Under the pieces are notes generated by a model. It was not told where the DNA came from. It made no database searches and saw only the letters and a list, made by a program, of their open reading frames with translations. DNA of 63,503 nt, the filler included, from Neolecta irregularis DAH-3 (taxonomy: Eukaryota), in NCBI GenBank assembly GCA_001929475.1. It is 17 parts of 17 records of this genome, joined end to end, with 100 filler letters (N's around TTAATTAATTAA, not from the genome) between each part and the next. Parts side by side here need not be neighbours in the genome. Positions count along the whole stretch, not along the records: positions 1 to 6,572 come from LXFE01001480.1; positions 6,673 to 16,450 come from LXFE01001483.1; 15 more parts are not named here. One strand, given 5' to 3'. Each line of letters starts with the position of its first letter. Within the stretch, counting starts at the first letter, position 1. This document shows, piece by piece, positions 1-12,868 of this stretch. Position numbers and translations under genes: made by a program.

Positions 1-861
1 TAGGCATTTTTTGGTTTGATTTGACAGGTGGTAACAGAGAGTGAAATTTTGTGGTACTTCAGGTTATTTTCATTTGATAATCGCAGTTCGAGGCAACGGA
101 TACATTCAAACGTCTTGGGAAGAATACAGGTGTAAGGATGTAGCCTTCAGGTACACCTTTACCAATACGGCAAAAGGCGTGTAATCATATTGCGGCCTTT
201 ATGGCCGGATATAAACTTGATGTAATTAGAATACCTAGCCTAAGATACAACACTTAGGCTAGTACTATAAACCTGGGCTTATTTGTACTTTCGGGTATCA
301 AAACTTACAACAGGCCTCTTCGAATCTTCCCGTTTTTTCTGGCTGACTAAGAAAATGAGCTAGAAGCTTGTAGAATCAGAATAGATATACTAGCACGCTC
401 GTCAAGGGTATCCCTGTCGCAATTTCCGAAAATATAGCTACAGCGCTTCATGGCTATGCTGTATGACTTCGCTATCTAACCCTGCATCAAAATAAATCAT
501 TTGAAAAACCATCTTGGGAATGATGCCTTTTTAGTAGTGCCAGAAAGCTTGACTAGCCTTGGATATTAAATCACTTGTGAGGAACTATCCAATGCTAATT
601 ACGATTGGGTCATTGGCCAATCTGGTGATCCTGGACGCGTCCAGGTTCCATAATAGGTCTTTGTGCTACTTTGCTTCATAGATGACTTCGAACCCATTTT
701 GTTTCAGTAGGTTGGAGGGTATTCGTCTTGTCGCGAGGAATCGTTTGAAAGTCCTAGCAGTGAAGACTAATTAACTAGATCGAACAAGTCTCATTTGAAC
801 AGATCACAAATCTAAGAAAACCTTGACTTTTCCATTATCTTTTCTTTCACCGGCCGTCTTC

Positions 862-2847
862 ATGCCTACCATTCCACCGCGACGAAGAGTCATCCTCAGC
901 TGTAAGAACTGCAAAATTCGTAAAGTGAAGTGTGATCGAAGATCCCCATGTGACAGTTGCACAAAGAGAGGTCTGACCGACTGTGTGTTTGACGACCCGT
1001 AATCCAACAGTGTAGGGAAACAGACTGATCTCCAAGATCCTCTATAATCGCCAGCGATGATGTCCTACATAAGCGCTTAGCGGAAACCGAAACGGAAATC
1101 AATAAGCTGAAATCCCAGATATACGGCACACCGAAAGATTCTGAACCAGACGAGGCGATTTTGGAAACGTTACAGTCTCTTGGAAACTTGAGCGTCTCAG
1201 AAGGACAAGAGAGATACCACGGATATATTCCTGGGGACTCAGATGTGTGATTTCGGTTTATTCTGACTGATAGCTTGGTAGAGTAAACCGGAGGATGTTT
1301 TACCAGTAATGATTTGGAAAGCACGACATCTCCCTGGAATCGGTATACAGCAACGCCGAAAGATGAGCCAAATCCAGGAAATCTTGATGCCTGAGAAACC
1401 TATCGCTTATATTCTCACACAACGTTTTCTCACAGCAAATCCGGCAGCTTTCTTATGGATCCATCCGTCCACCTTCTTTGCCGATCTCGAACAGCTGTAT
1501 ATAATTGACAAGACAACAGCTATGTCTCCTTTGCTCGAAACCCGACCATTTTCCGTGACAGTGATCTTTGCTGTTATGTCACTGGCGCTAAGGACCTATT
1601 CAAGCCGGGATGATCCAGAACTTTATACCATAGAACTTGCCGTTGGAATGAACCGTGACGAGTTCAGGCAGCTGATTCGTCAAGGCATCTCAGATACCTT
1701 TGACATTGGAGATTTCCTGCAGAACTACGACCTAGATGTCGTTACGACCCTCTCTGTGGACCTTTTCAACAGAGATTTGTTCTCCAATTGTGAATTCTTT
1801 ATTATTGTATTGAAGCTAATGTACTTAGCGCTGACATGGACAAATACAGGATTAATGTTATACATGGCTCAGAGTCTGGGGTATCTTGATGAAATGACAA
1901 TTCTCTGACGAGTAGGTTACACCGAGACCCAGCAAGTCTAGGTCTTTCGCCTCTTAATTGTGAGATTCGTCGAAGATTGTGGTTTGCGATCCGTGCCCAT
2001 GAGATGCATGCAGACCACTCTTGATCAAAAACTAATGTACAGTGGAAACGCCTGGTCTGAAGGTTTGCCGCTCCATATTCGCGACGTAGACACAGATTGC
2101 AAATTTCCGAATTACGATCCTGCTTTTGATCAAGGCCATATTCTTGCCCGTCCGAGTTTAGAATGGTCGATACATTTGTTTGGTTATACCATTCGTTTAC
2201 TGGCTCAAACGGTTGCCGCAATCTACTCTATTAAAGGGCCAAATCCCATCAAGATCGCAGAAATTGACAAATTGTTTGATGAAATCGATGCTGAGAAACC
2301 GAACTGGCTCACGGTAGATCCCACAACAACGTCGCATAGCCAGTTCTTTCGTCAAATAGCGACAGAGTCTTGTCTGGCTCGGTTTTTGCTCTACATTCAC
2401 TTGCCGTTCCAACACAATCGTGCGTATCCAAGATCACGAGGGAGGGCAGTAGAGGCTGCTCAAAGGTCTATGCGAGTTTTTTGTCAATTTGACGATCGAC
2501 CGTTTGAAGATCTGCAAATGTACCGCTGGTTTGGGGAAGTGTGGATGATTTCGACACCGCTGCTAGCAACACTCGTTCTTAGTATGGATCTCGTATCATC
2601 AAGATCTCATGACTCGAAAAGTTGGGAATTGGTTGAGCGGACGGAAGCTGCGCTATTACGAGCTCCGGAATTGACAATGGTTCCTGCGAGCGAGAGAGTC
2701 ATGAATGCGATTCGTCAACTTGTCAACGAGCGATCAAATCACGACTGTGCACCAGGCCTGGCGGTCCCTAGAATACCAAAGGACCTAGTGGGGTGCAGTT
2801 TTATGGAAAAATATGTTGATCCGGAGAAGCCGAATAGTCTTGAATAG
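862..2847 (+). CDS. Zn(II)2Cys6 fungal transcription factor with a fungal-specific TF middle region (multi-exon)
   Basis: Manual translation from ATG 862: MPTIPPRRRVILSCKNCKIRKVKCDRRSPCDSCTKRGLTDCVFDD, a canonical CX2CX6CX5CX2CX6C cluster. Short GT-AG introns link it to ORFs 1309-1908 and 1960-2847; stop TAG at 2845-2847. Confidence 0.9.
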
Positions 2848-3562
2848 CTGAGATATGACTTGGTAATGTAGAAAATCTAGTAAATCCGAAAAGTTTCCGA
2901 GAACAAAGAGAGAGGGGACTAGACTCCAATGGAGGGGAAAAGATATGAAAAGGGATAACGGGAGAATAGAGGAAAATGGGCGGGCCGAAATTGAGGGAAG
3001 GCGCAGGTTGAAGTTTGTAAGCCGCGGGGATCGCCGGTGTAACGGGCGGGCGACGCCAAGCCCATATGACCGAGCAGCTGCTAATATGTGGTTGGCAGGC
3101 TGATTACTGGTGGTTAGTTTGGTTGCTTAGTTAGTGGTTAGTTGTTGCTAGTTGCTAATTGCTGAGTAGGCTGATCGGCTACCGGTGATTTCTATAGAAC
3201 GGTGCTCAGTATTATTCTTGCTGTGGTTGATTCGCTCGGATTAGGCTTGGGCGGAGGAGGTAATTGTGTGCAGGGGAGCGGAAGGGGAGAGATGGTTGAG
3301 TGATTGATCTGTGATGGCCAGAGAGACAGGGGGAAATAGCCGCTATGTGCGATTGTGGGCCCATGCGATCTCGGATTCCCAGCAAGGACGCCCACCAGAC
3401 ACAAAGCCCCGCATGGCCAGTCTTTCCTGTCGAACTAATGTGCTTATTTTGTCCAGCCTGTCCAAGCAGCTGCGACTATATAAACATGCCTATCCGGCAG
3501 CCTTGACGAGTCAGTGATGCTCTTGAGAGCCTGCGTGAATCTGCGTGCATTTCAGCTTCTCA

Positions 3563-4174
3563 ATGCTCAGAGCCAATCCCCCAATGCTGCCCCTGCTCGA
3601 GCCCCTGCGCGTCCTCCTTGTCGATGACAATCCGCTCAACCTAAAGATCCTCAAACGCACTCTCAATACCTATTTTCATCACCTCGTCGATGTGGGCAAC
3701 ATTACCACGGCTTCAGGCGGGCGCGAGGCAATCGAGAAGATGGCGAATTCCGAGTGCGATCAGTCCAGTTACGACATCATCTTCCTCGATATCGATATGC
3801 CCGATATGTCCGGCATCGAAGTTGCCCAGAGAATCCGCACCGAAATGAACGATTTGTCCACAATCATCGTGGCGGTCACAACTTCCGACAGCGCTGAACA
3901 ACGCTCACGCTACAACGAGGTGGGGATGGATGGGTGTTGTAGAAAGCCTGTCTTGGTTTCTGCGTTGAGCGATGTCGTTTCCCAGGCTCTTCAGTCTCGC
4001 AAATCAATATCCAGAGATTCTTCCCTGGCGACACCTGTCTCAACACCCTCTGAAAACTCGGAAGAGATCCTCAAGGAAGGAATCATCGACGGGGGTTTGA
4101 TGGGGGCAGTGCAAGCGCTTACATTAAACCCGTTAGAAGAGCCTGTCGTCGTTCTTCCCGGCGTCCTTACATGA
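3563..4174 (+). CDS. Stand-alone two-component response regulator (receiver domain plus short S/T/P-rich tail), intronless
   Basis: RVLLVDDN, phospho-acceptor IFLDIDMPDMSG, IVAVT and KP motifs; TATATAAA about 85 bp upstream. Confidence 0.88.
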   Translation: MLRANPPMLPLLEPLRVLLVDDNPLNLKILKRTLNTYFHHLVDVGNITTASGGREAIEKMANSECDQSSYDIIFLDIDMPDMSGIEVAQRIRTEMNDLSTIIVAVTTSDSAEQRSRYNEVGMDGCCRKPVLVSALSDVVSQALQSRKSISRDSSLATPVSTPSENSEEILKEGIIDGGLMGAVQALTLNPLEEPVVVLPGVLT

Positions 4175-4856
4175 GTTAGCCTATGCGTTATCCTTGCACG
4201 ATACTTGAAAACAGTCTGCGATCTAGAGTGCCATGGGTTCTCTTCCTTTCTCCGTTCTTACTTTGCGTTTTTTTAGATTATTTGGAGCGATATAAGCATA
4301 GTGTTTGGGCATCCTGTATTTTCTAAATACTGTGGTTTATATACGGTGGAATGTATTATAAAGGAACAATTGTAGTCTATGTTTAAATGTGGGTATCCAG
4401 CAAACCTCTGGAACGCCGACCACATTAAAATCTCTAGTCTATGTCTTTGAGAACCGTTTGGCATCAGCTCAGCCGAACCAAAATAACAGTGGAGACAAAT
4501 ATTGGTCACGAGACCTCGCAATAATTACTAACCCAGAGAGGAATAATATCCATTCTGGCACATATTAATTTCTTTTTCATAACCTAGTTTGGTCTTGATC
4601 GTTTCAGATTCTATCCAATGAGGAGTACGAGATAAAAATTATTCAACAGGAAATTTTAGTGGAATTTGTGAATGAGTGGCACCACCTCTTTGCAAATTGG
4701 GATATTGTTCCCATTGAATGATTCCTTTTGATTTTTTTTCATTGTCTTTCTTGCTTCAATCGTCCGATTGTTTCCATGTCTGAGCATGGGTCACACAAAG
4801 TATTGCTTTATTTTTTTTCTGTCTAATTGCCGAATCCGCGATGACTATTTATTAGC

Positions 4857-5682
4857 ATGTCTCTCGCCAGCTATTTTTCAGCTACAGTTATCATGCGACA
4901 AGGGTTTCGACCAGATTTGAGAATTTCTACTGGATCCACTAGCTCCATGGTTTCTTTAGCTCCGCGTCCGTTGTCCTCTTTGTCATATGAGAGCAGCTCT
5001 CCGTCGTCTTCTATCTATTCCGAATACGATTTTCCAGCGTTAGATTTTTCTTCCATGTGGGCGATTTGTGATGAATATCGCGCCGCCTTTGCGGACTCGC
5101 CGACTTTGGAAAGGTACTTTTCGCCGGCGTTTTTCTTTGCATGTAATCCTGACTTTCAGGAGAGCTTCTCTAGATAATGGACCCCCTACGCCTCCACCCA
5201 AAGAGAAATATTCACCAATGTCTCCAGCGTTCAATCCGTCACCGACTGAACATTGGAAGTCGCCATCATTTTCACCTTCGCGGCGGGCCCCGAAGCCTTG
5301 TTCAGTTTGTAATTGTTCTATCTTGCCAGACGATCCATACTTGTCTCGTTACATTGCCTCTCAGAAAAATTACCGTTTCGAAGTCTCATCGACACGACGA
5401 AACAGCGTCCCCCAACCCCAAAGTTGGAAATCTCCAAAAATGTCACCGGTAACTGGAAAACTAGATATAGAGTTCAAGTCACCGTCCACCTCTCCTAGAA
5501 AAGCAGCGACCCAATCGAAACACGGTCATTTAATCAAAGGTTACAAGAAACCTCTTCAAAGTACAATACCTGAAGAACCCTCTAGCGATCAAGATATTGT
5601 CATGTTATCGAATGGACAACTAGGAAAAGGCGCCGTTCGAATAATCCGCAAAAATACCGCTGTGAATTATACGTTTATTTAA
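4857..5682 (+). CDS. Hypothetical Ser/Pro-rich protein, two exons
   Basis: A 46-nt GT..CTGAC..CAG intron at 5114-5159 joins ORF 4857-5177 to the frame of ORF 5068-5682 (LER|RASLDNGPPTPPPK). Confidence 0.6.
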
Positions 5683-6349
5683 CATCTTTATTATCTATGG
5701 TGGGTGGCCGTCGGTCGTTGGCGTTGATTCATTCATTGACTACAAGTATGTTAGAAAATAGATACTATATATAAATATTTCCAGCGCCGCCGGAAACCAC
5801 GGATGAGGCTGGGAATGATATGAGTTAACATCTCTATCTGGCTATCTGTTCTGTATTTCTCACAATTTACAGCGCCCGTTCTTCTGCATTCATCTACTTG
5901 TCCGCAAATGATTTCTTTCAATCTTTACACTCACATTGGCTGACGGTGGACTCGCTCCACCATAGTTTTCTATCTTGGTATTTCGCAAGCTGCTCATACC
6001 GACATTCCACCTGTCTTTTCTGCCGAACCGTATAATCGTCAAACTGCCCAAGCACCAGATGGTAGTTCAAATTTTCAATCTTTTCACTAGTCAAGGCATA
6101 TCCGCATGATTTGTAATTTATTCTAAGTCTTCATAGATACAACCAACATTCCTTCACTCCCGTCTTTTTCTAGAATGAGAAGAGTATCTTTATATATCCC
6201 ATTTCAAACCCCGCCGCCGCTCATATTTCAATTCAAATTTTTCCAAAAGAAGATTGAGAAATAAATATTGTGGAATAAATAGTGTGGAATAATAGTATGT
6301 GGATGGTGTCTGAAACATGACAAAATGAGAGAAATAGAATGAGCGATGA

Positions 6350-6533
6350 GATGAGAGAGGGAGATGAGAGAGAGAGATGAGAGAGAGATGAGAGAGAGAT
6401 GAGAGAGAGAGGGAGAGATAGAGAAGATGAAGATGTAGATGAAGATGAAGATGAAGATGAAGATGTAGATGAAGATGAAGATGAAGATGAAGATGAAGAT
6501 GAAGATGAAAATGAAAATGAAGATGAAGATGAA

Positions 6534-6572
<39 letters not shown>
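6350..6572. repeat. Microsatellite block: (GA)n, (GAGAGAGAT)-like and (GATGAA)n, at a contig end
   Basis: Directly visible. Confidence 0.95.
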
Positions 6573-6672
6573 NNNNNNNNNNNNNNNNNNNNNNNNNNNN
6601 NNNNNNNNNNNNNNNNTTAATTAATTAANNNNNNNNNNNNNNNNNNNNNNNNNNNNNNNNNNNNNNNNNNNN
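6573..6672. other. Artificial contig linker N44-TTAATTAATTAA-N44. It recurs at about 16451, 22668, 24200, 25828, 27745, 33846, 35028, 37073, 40252, 41410, 44915, 46840, 48682, 60115 and 62221.
   Basis: Identical 100-bp spacer with stop codons in all six frames. Confidence 0.98.
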
Positions 6673-7869
6673 ACAGAATGCTCAGAGTGCAGTCCACTAT
6701 ATTGACGGCAAGCGGAAACCCCCAAATCAACAAATCTTGTCACCTTGTCTCTCTTCTCAAATCTCTCAAATCAGGTGGCCGTTCAATTCCCAGTCGCGAA
6801 AATTCTCAATTACTTTCCCAGTCAACACCAATTAAACCGTTTGCTTTTAATCCATCCCGCACAGCCCATGGAATAACGATTTCCATCAACTGCTCAATAT
6901 TCTGTTTACCCACATTCCAGTACGGTACATTCACATATTCTCTCGGATGTCTGCCAGGCAAAGAACACTCATGGGAATTGCTCACAGGCAACAAACGCTA
7001 TCGATATACATAATGTAATAATGCATTTTTCAAATTGGCAGCGGCGTTCTTTCCTTGCACTCATGAAATATTCCGTAAACCTCAAGCTATACTCTTGCGC
7101 GGCCTCATGACAGCTGTGCTTTCAAAGGTATTCCTGGGAAAGATTGACAGAGCGGGGACTTTCAAACACAAACTAGTTGGGAAGAAACATCTTTTTCTGA
7201 CATAGAGCAGGACGAATGACACATTAGCATATGTAATCGAATGGCAGATGAGCTAGTATTTTACATCGCATTTTTATTCATGTTCAGTCATGTTTTCAAC
7301 AGTATAGCTGAAGATTCTTTTAATGCACAATGTCAATACGATAGAATTGTGACAAGGAGGGAGCCCCAAGTACTAGAAGACACTTACTTTTGAGCTACTT
7401 GCTAAAAGGTGTGTGGGTTGTTCTCAACTAAAGACCGGAAGATGGGTGCAATAGTTTAATATCACGCCCAAGTGCTTATTAGGACTAGGGCATACAAAAC
7501 TAGACAATACAAATGTTATCTTATCTCCATTATATGCGCTCGAGTATTATTTTCAGGTTGTGATGATTCAATTAAGGGTTCATCTGCAGTTCATTGCAGT
7601 CGTCAGTAGCTGATATTACAGCTAGAAACTTATTCTTGTGCCATCGTCACAAGCCAGGCGACTCGGCAAGTGAGAAGTCATTGCAATGTACATTGACAAT
7701 TTTATAAATTATCAAAGTGGAATACGACAAGGTTAGAACTCACAAGACCGTGAAGGATCCGATACAAGATAATTATACAGTTTGATAGACACCAGGAGAG
7801 CCGGGCATGTACAGAACTATTTTGGCAAGGAGACTTGATATTAGGAGAGGGAAGAAGAGGGAAAAGTAC

Positions 7870-8367
7870 GTCTTCGCCGAATATTTATCCTCTGTTCGCG
7901 TTCCCTTTGGCAGGTCTTTAGGAATAGGTCAGCCTATAACGTTAGAAGCAGAAGAGATAGGTTCAAACCCGGGCCTCGCGGAAGCGTTGGAGTTCGAGGG
8001 AATCGCGTTCGTGGCCAGTTGAGTTTCTGCGGCGCATAAACGTTTCGCTGTCTGGGGGGCTCTTGAAGGAGTTGCGGCGAGAAATGTTTTTGCGGTCGAG
8101 AGAGTGGAGGGGTTTCTGGAGATACTTGCGCGGGTTGATGAGTTTAAGTGGCTGAAGCGTGATGCCTCTGTTTCCGAGGACTGAAAGTTCCCGGGATCGT
8201 TTAGTAGCAGCGTGGAAAGAGTGGATTTTTCGAAGACGCTGCTGGGCGGCGAAATGTGACTGAAAATTGGCTGGAATATGAGGGCGAGAATGCAAGTTGA
8301 AATGGACAAAGCGGTGAGTTTGGCACTTTGGGGCGGCTGAAGCGGCAAATGGAAGACGAAAAGGCAT
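7870..8367 (-). CDS. Hypothetical basic protein divergent from the thioesterase gene (3' end uncertain)
   Basis: ATG 8367, MPFRLPFAAS...DSLELQRFREAR, then a putative GTTTGA..AG intron and TCQREREQRINIRRR. Confidence 0.4.
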
Positions 8368-8463
8368 TGCGTTGGTGGTCAGCGGCTGAAATTGCGGAGT
8401 GGTCAGATGGAGGTCGTGTCCGGGATCATCCGGGCCCAATCCGGAGATCCCCGACCCACCACC

Positions 8464-9271
8464 ATGAATCCGCCTGCAAAATCGGCAATCGTCATATTTC
8501 TGCACGGCCTGGGCGATTCGGGAGCGGGATGGCGGTTTCTGCCCGAATACTTCAAGTCGCGCTCAGTGCTCGGCCATGTTCGCTGGGTGCTGCCTTCAGC
8601 GTTTGCTCCTGCAAACTATTCGCTGAACTATTCAGACCCACAATCCCAGTAACACTCAATGGCGGCACCAACATGCCTGGGTGGTATGATATCCTCTCTC
8701 TATCAGATTCTGCCCGTTCCGAAGACGAGTCTGGCATGGCAAAGACCGTCAAATATATTCATTCTCTCGTCGACCAGCAGATCTCAAACGGGTTTCCGGC
8801 TCACCGCATCGTCCTCGGCGGCTTCTCACAGGGCCCGTCTTTAGTTTTTGTTTCCTCTCCTGACATCATAGGCAGCGCAATGGCCCTCCTCGCAGGTCTG
8901 ACTTATCCAAAGACACTCGCCGGAATAGTTTGCCTCAGCGGCTATCTGCCCCTGCGCGACAAAATACTCCAGGTATATCTCTATGCCTTGTCGCTGACCC
9001 CAGATGAGAACGCACAATAGCACAGCTTTGCCTGTTTTTATGTGCCACGGCACTGCAGACCCGGTCGTCAGCTTCCAGTTCGGCAAGGGTACGCTCCCCC
9101 TCTACTTGTGCTTATTCAGCTTCCATGGAGATGGTTAGGGATACACTTGGCATGAATGTCGAATGGCATGAGTATCCTGGACTCCAGCACAGTGCACATG
9201 AAGAAGAATTCGACCATGTCGCTGTGTTTCTGCAAAGGGTGATTCGACAAGAATCAGATTCTCGTGTATGA
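8464..9271 (+). CDS. Acyl-protein thioesterase 1 / lysophospholipase (alpha/beta hydrolase), multi-exon
   Basis: IFLHGLGDSG, MPGWYDI, GGFSQG (catalytic Ser), HGTADPVV (Asp) and EYPGLQHS (His) motifs. Confidence 0.93.
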
Positions 9272-9325
9272 CAATATAATACTATCTTATCTTCCACTTC
9301 ATCCTGCCATCCATCTGATATCCAT

Positions 9326-9555
9326 CTATTCCTGATTCAACTCGGCAGCCCTTAGCTTCAAGGATTCTGCGTCTTCCTTCTTCAGTTTGGCCGAGTCTGC
9401 CGCACTTAGAATGACAGGCCCAGGCTGCGCTTGCAAATCCAGCAGAGTAGGATCTTTCTTGGTGGTCCCATGCTCAAAACAGTCTACCATCAGTGATATT
9501 TAGATCAGCACGTACGACTGGTTTGCGTAGTAGGCACTGTTGGAAGGTTGGTCAT
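9326..9555 (-). CDS. Small hypothetical protein, two exons
   Basis: MTNLPTVPTTQTS, a GTACGT intron, then CFEHGTTKKDPTLLDLQAQPGPVILSAADSAKLKKEDAESLKLRAAELNQE*. Confidence 0.55.
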
Positions 9556-9803
9556 GACGATGGCGTGGCACCTCCGACACGTATCGAGACAAACCCTCTC
9601 ACACCGCAGATCCGCCTTTCTCTACGGAAAAAAGGACAAAGAACTCTGTATTATTCGTTTCATATGGCGATGTGAAATGCGAATATTAAAATTGTGTTTG
9701 GAGCTAAATATAGCTTCCCCTGCCTATCCGTTCTATATTTAGCAGCAATTCCGACGCCACCAGTTTACTAAATAGTCGCGCGCTGCCGCCAAAGCGCTCA
9801 GAC

Positions 9804-11092
9804 ATGCGATCGCTTTTCTTGTCCGTTTTTTTTTCTGCTACTTTGGCTTGCAATCCGACCAAAGGGCCATGTCCTCCCACCAAGGGCCTCGATACTCCAT
9901 CTGCCTCTTTTGATTTTACTCAGGGCCCCTCCTCTGATTTCATCAAAGTCGCATCTCAAGGAGACATCAACTACACTTCCCAGGGCGCCGAGTTTGTAAT
10001 TTCAAAGATCGGGGATAGCCCTACTCTAGACAGCCAGTTTTACATTTTATATGGCAAAGTGTCTGTAGAGATGAAACCAGCCCCGGGTAAATTCTTTGTC
10101 TTAGTTCACTTCTTAAGACAGGGGTCGGTGTCGTTAGTTCATTCATCTGGCAAAGCGACACGCTTGACGAAATCGATCTTGAGTGGCTCGGCGGAGATAA
10201 TGTACTCTTTCTCCATAATTTTCATCGCTGATATCAGTTTCATGTTCAAAGCAATTATTTCTTCCAGGGAAACACGTCGTTCTGGTCCCAGGGTGTCACT
10301 CACGGTGGTCTTCACGATGCTTCTAATGTCGTCAATCAATTTCATACATATGAAATAGATTGGACTAGCGACCAAATCGTCTGGAGCATTAATGGTGTTG
10401 CCGTTCGCACTTTGACCAAAGCTAGTACGCTCACAAATGGGGTATACCAATACCCCCAATCTCCCTCGCAAATCAAAATCGGAAGTTGGGTTGCTGGAGT
10501 CCCGGGGACTGCAGAAGGAACAATTCAGTGGGCTGGTACCTATACGCACAGAAATAACTTGAATGACTTTTAGGTGGACTGACTGATTTTTCACAGGCGC
10601 CGTTTACCATGGTCGTCAGACGATTCGATGTCAAGAGTTATACTCCGACGTCTTCTTATTCGTTCAGCGGAACCAGTGGACTCGCTGATTCAATTACTGA
10701 AAATTCTGCCGAAAACTCTCATCTCAGTCCTCTTAACACATCGTCGTCTCAAACACTTACCGCCTCCACTGTTGGAAAATCAACAATCAAATCCACCTCG
10801 TGAGGCTAAATTTCGTGCTAAATCTCACTATTTTAGCAACTTGCCTCCTTTTGCAACGATCGTTGTCCCGGTAGCTGGTATTGCCGGAAACCCACAAACT
10901 ATGACCCCTTCATCTGTTTTACCTGTTTCAACACCTTCAAAAAATCTGACAACTGTCTCTAGCAACACGTCATCCATTCAGTCTCCCTCGGGCACTCCTT
11001 CTCAACAGTCAAATCTGAAGAATGCAAGCCAAACGTTGACCGTTTCAATGGGTTTGCTAGCGAGTTTAATGGCTCTCATGTTCACCTTTTAA
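9804..11092 (+). CDS. GH16 Crh/Utr2-family chitin-glucan transglycosylase, probably GPI-anchored, multi-exon
   Basis: Signal peptide, ACNPTKGPCPP, YILYGKVSVEMK, catalytic DEIDLEW, FHTYEIDWT, GTIQWAG, S/T-rich stalk and hydrophobic C-terminus. Confidence 0.9.
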
Positions 11093-11403
11093 TCACGGCC
11101 CATATGTTAAATAATAAATACATGACGATTTTATATATATACTGTCGGAAAATCAGAATTTCGCACGCACAAAATGAATACGGATAGCGAATCATTACAT
11201 TCCGGTCAAATATTCTATGGTACAGTAAAACCCTCCATAACCCCATCCTGTAGAAACAGAAAACAAAAGGCCAAAAAATAACCAGGTATGAGAAGAACAA
11301 CAAGGCACGGGAAAAGAAGGAACAAGGTCCACGGAATGAGAAAAAGTGCTAATGCAAATCCCGTTTATTCCCGCCCGAGAATACCCATCCCATCCGTCAA
11401 ACA

Positions 11404-12868
11404 TTAAATCCCATTTTGAGCGCCTGGCATGCCCCTCGAAATTTGTCGAGCCATCATATGTTGTGGCCCAGGCGGATGACGTAAAGCCCTATTCTTTTCC
11501 ATGGCGAGTTGTTGCTGTCTTTGTAGAAAGATTTGGCGCTGGTGCGGATCAAGGGCGTTGATTTGGGCTAACAGAATTGCCTGGGAACGACCGACGTCGT
11601 TTGCGTGTTGAGAGGAGTTGGGCATTGTGGAATGGGACTGAATATGAGATGTCTGAATTCGATTTTGAGGGAGGTGAAGATGCATAGATTGGTTATTCAT
11701 AGGAAGATGCGATTGCATGAGTGGAGACGGGTGATGTGGAGGAGGTGTTGCAATGTGGTTTGAGAGCTGGCTAGCGGCGGGATGCGGAGATCTGTGAAGC
11801 GGGTGAGGTGAAGCGGATGTAGGACTACTCTGAGCAGGAACATTATGATTTAAATGAGAAGGCATTGGCGATCTGGTTACTGACCGTGCAGATTGATTTT
11901 GGCTTGAAGGACTGGCTTGGTTTGCGACTGGAACTGGAATATGACTAGAAGGCGGCGGATTTTGAGCTTTCTGCCTCCTCCAGTTATGGATAAATCCAAG
12001 ACGGTGGAACCTTTAAAAATCAGCACTATGGAAGTGACAGAGATGTACGTTGCTTGAAATTCCGGTTTGGCTTTCTCCTCTACGCTTAGAGGGATATCGT
12101 CAACAGGTAACACAGCCTTGGAAGGCTCCTGCCTTGATTTCCTTCGATAAGGAGGCAAGGACGTTCGCAGTTTTCTGTGTATCGCATTTGCTACACCTGA
12201 ACTAGGCGCAGGATCAAGTATCAGTGGAACAGTCGCAGCCTAGTCGTAAGCTAGGTCCTCCGCAGCATAATACCAATATTTCAGCCTCCATCTGAATAGC
12301 CATGTTATCATTCAACCGTCCTCCACTTGTTTCGCTCAAAAGACATAGATCGATCCATATTGATTCAGCAGTCGGACGAAGGAGCGTCCGGTATGTTTTA
12401 TCTGTATTGCAATTCCCATTGGTCAACGTTCTCGATTCTGCCTGTGCAGTAGCTCTGTGATCGACAATTTCCACTATCAGACAACCTAACTCGTGAGTCC
12501 ATCCTCGAATAAATTGAAACCATCATAATATCGTACATGACCATCGCGGAATACCTCCACTAGATCTGCGGGAATTTCCCCCATCTGTACGGCTTCAAGG
12601 AAGCTCTACCGAATTAGAAAGATAAATGAGTCCATCATGCTTTCATGGGGCTATTATACGTAAAAACACCGTCCTAGATAATCAATATCGCTGCCGAGTT
12701 TCAGAATAGGTAGATACCTGTTTATCAAATTTGAAATGGCTCTGGTATAAATGAAGTTTTAGAGATGGCTCGCGATCATGATATTTATTCAGCACATCAT
12801 TCGTAAACTTCTCTATGATTGAAAAAGTCAGCCTTATTATTCAGACTCAAGGTGAGGTTAATACCCAT
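11404..12868 (-). CDS. SPT20: SAGA complex subunit Spt20, multi-exon (start approximate)
   Basis: PSLKLHLYQSHFKFD, F.YNSPMK, GEIPADLVEVF...YYDG, EIVDHR and YRTLLRPTAESIWIDL motifs; Q/H/P-rich C-terminus. Confidence 0.85.

Noticed and set aside
5880..6224. Possible small multi-intron gene on the minus strand
   Set aside because: Splice-like signals are present, but I could not build a convincing frame or recognise a motif
6399..6620. Acidic D/E ORF
   Set aside because: It is a translation of a microsatellite running into a gap
6573..6672. Regularly recurring TTAATTAATTAA palindrome as a biological repeat or CRISPR-like array
   Set aside because: It is always centred in identical N padding, so it is an assembly linker
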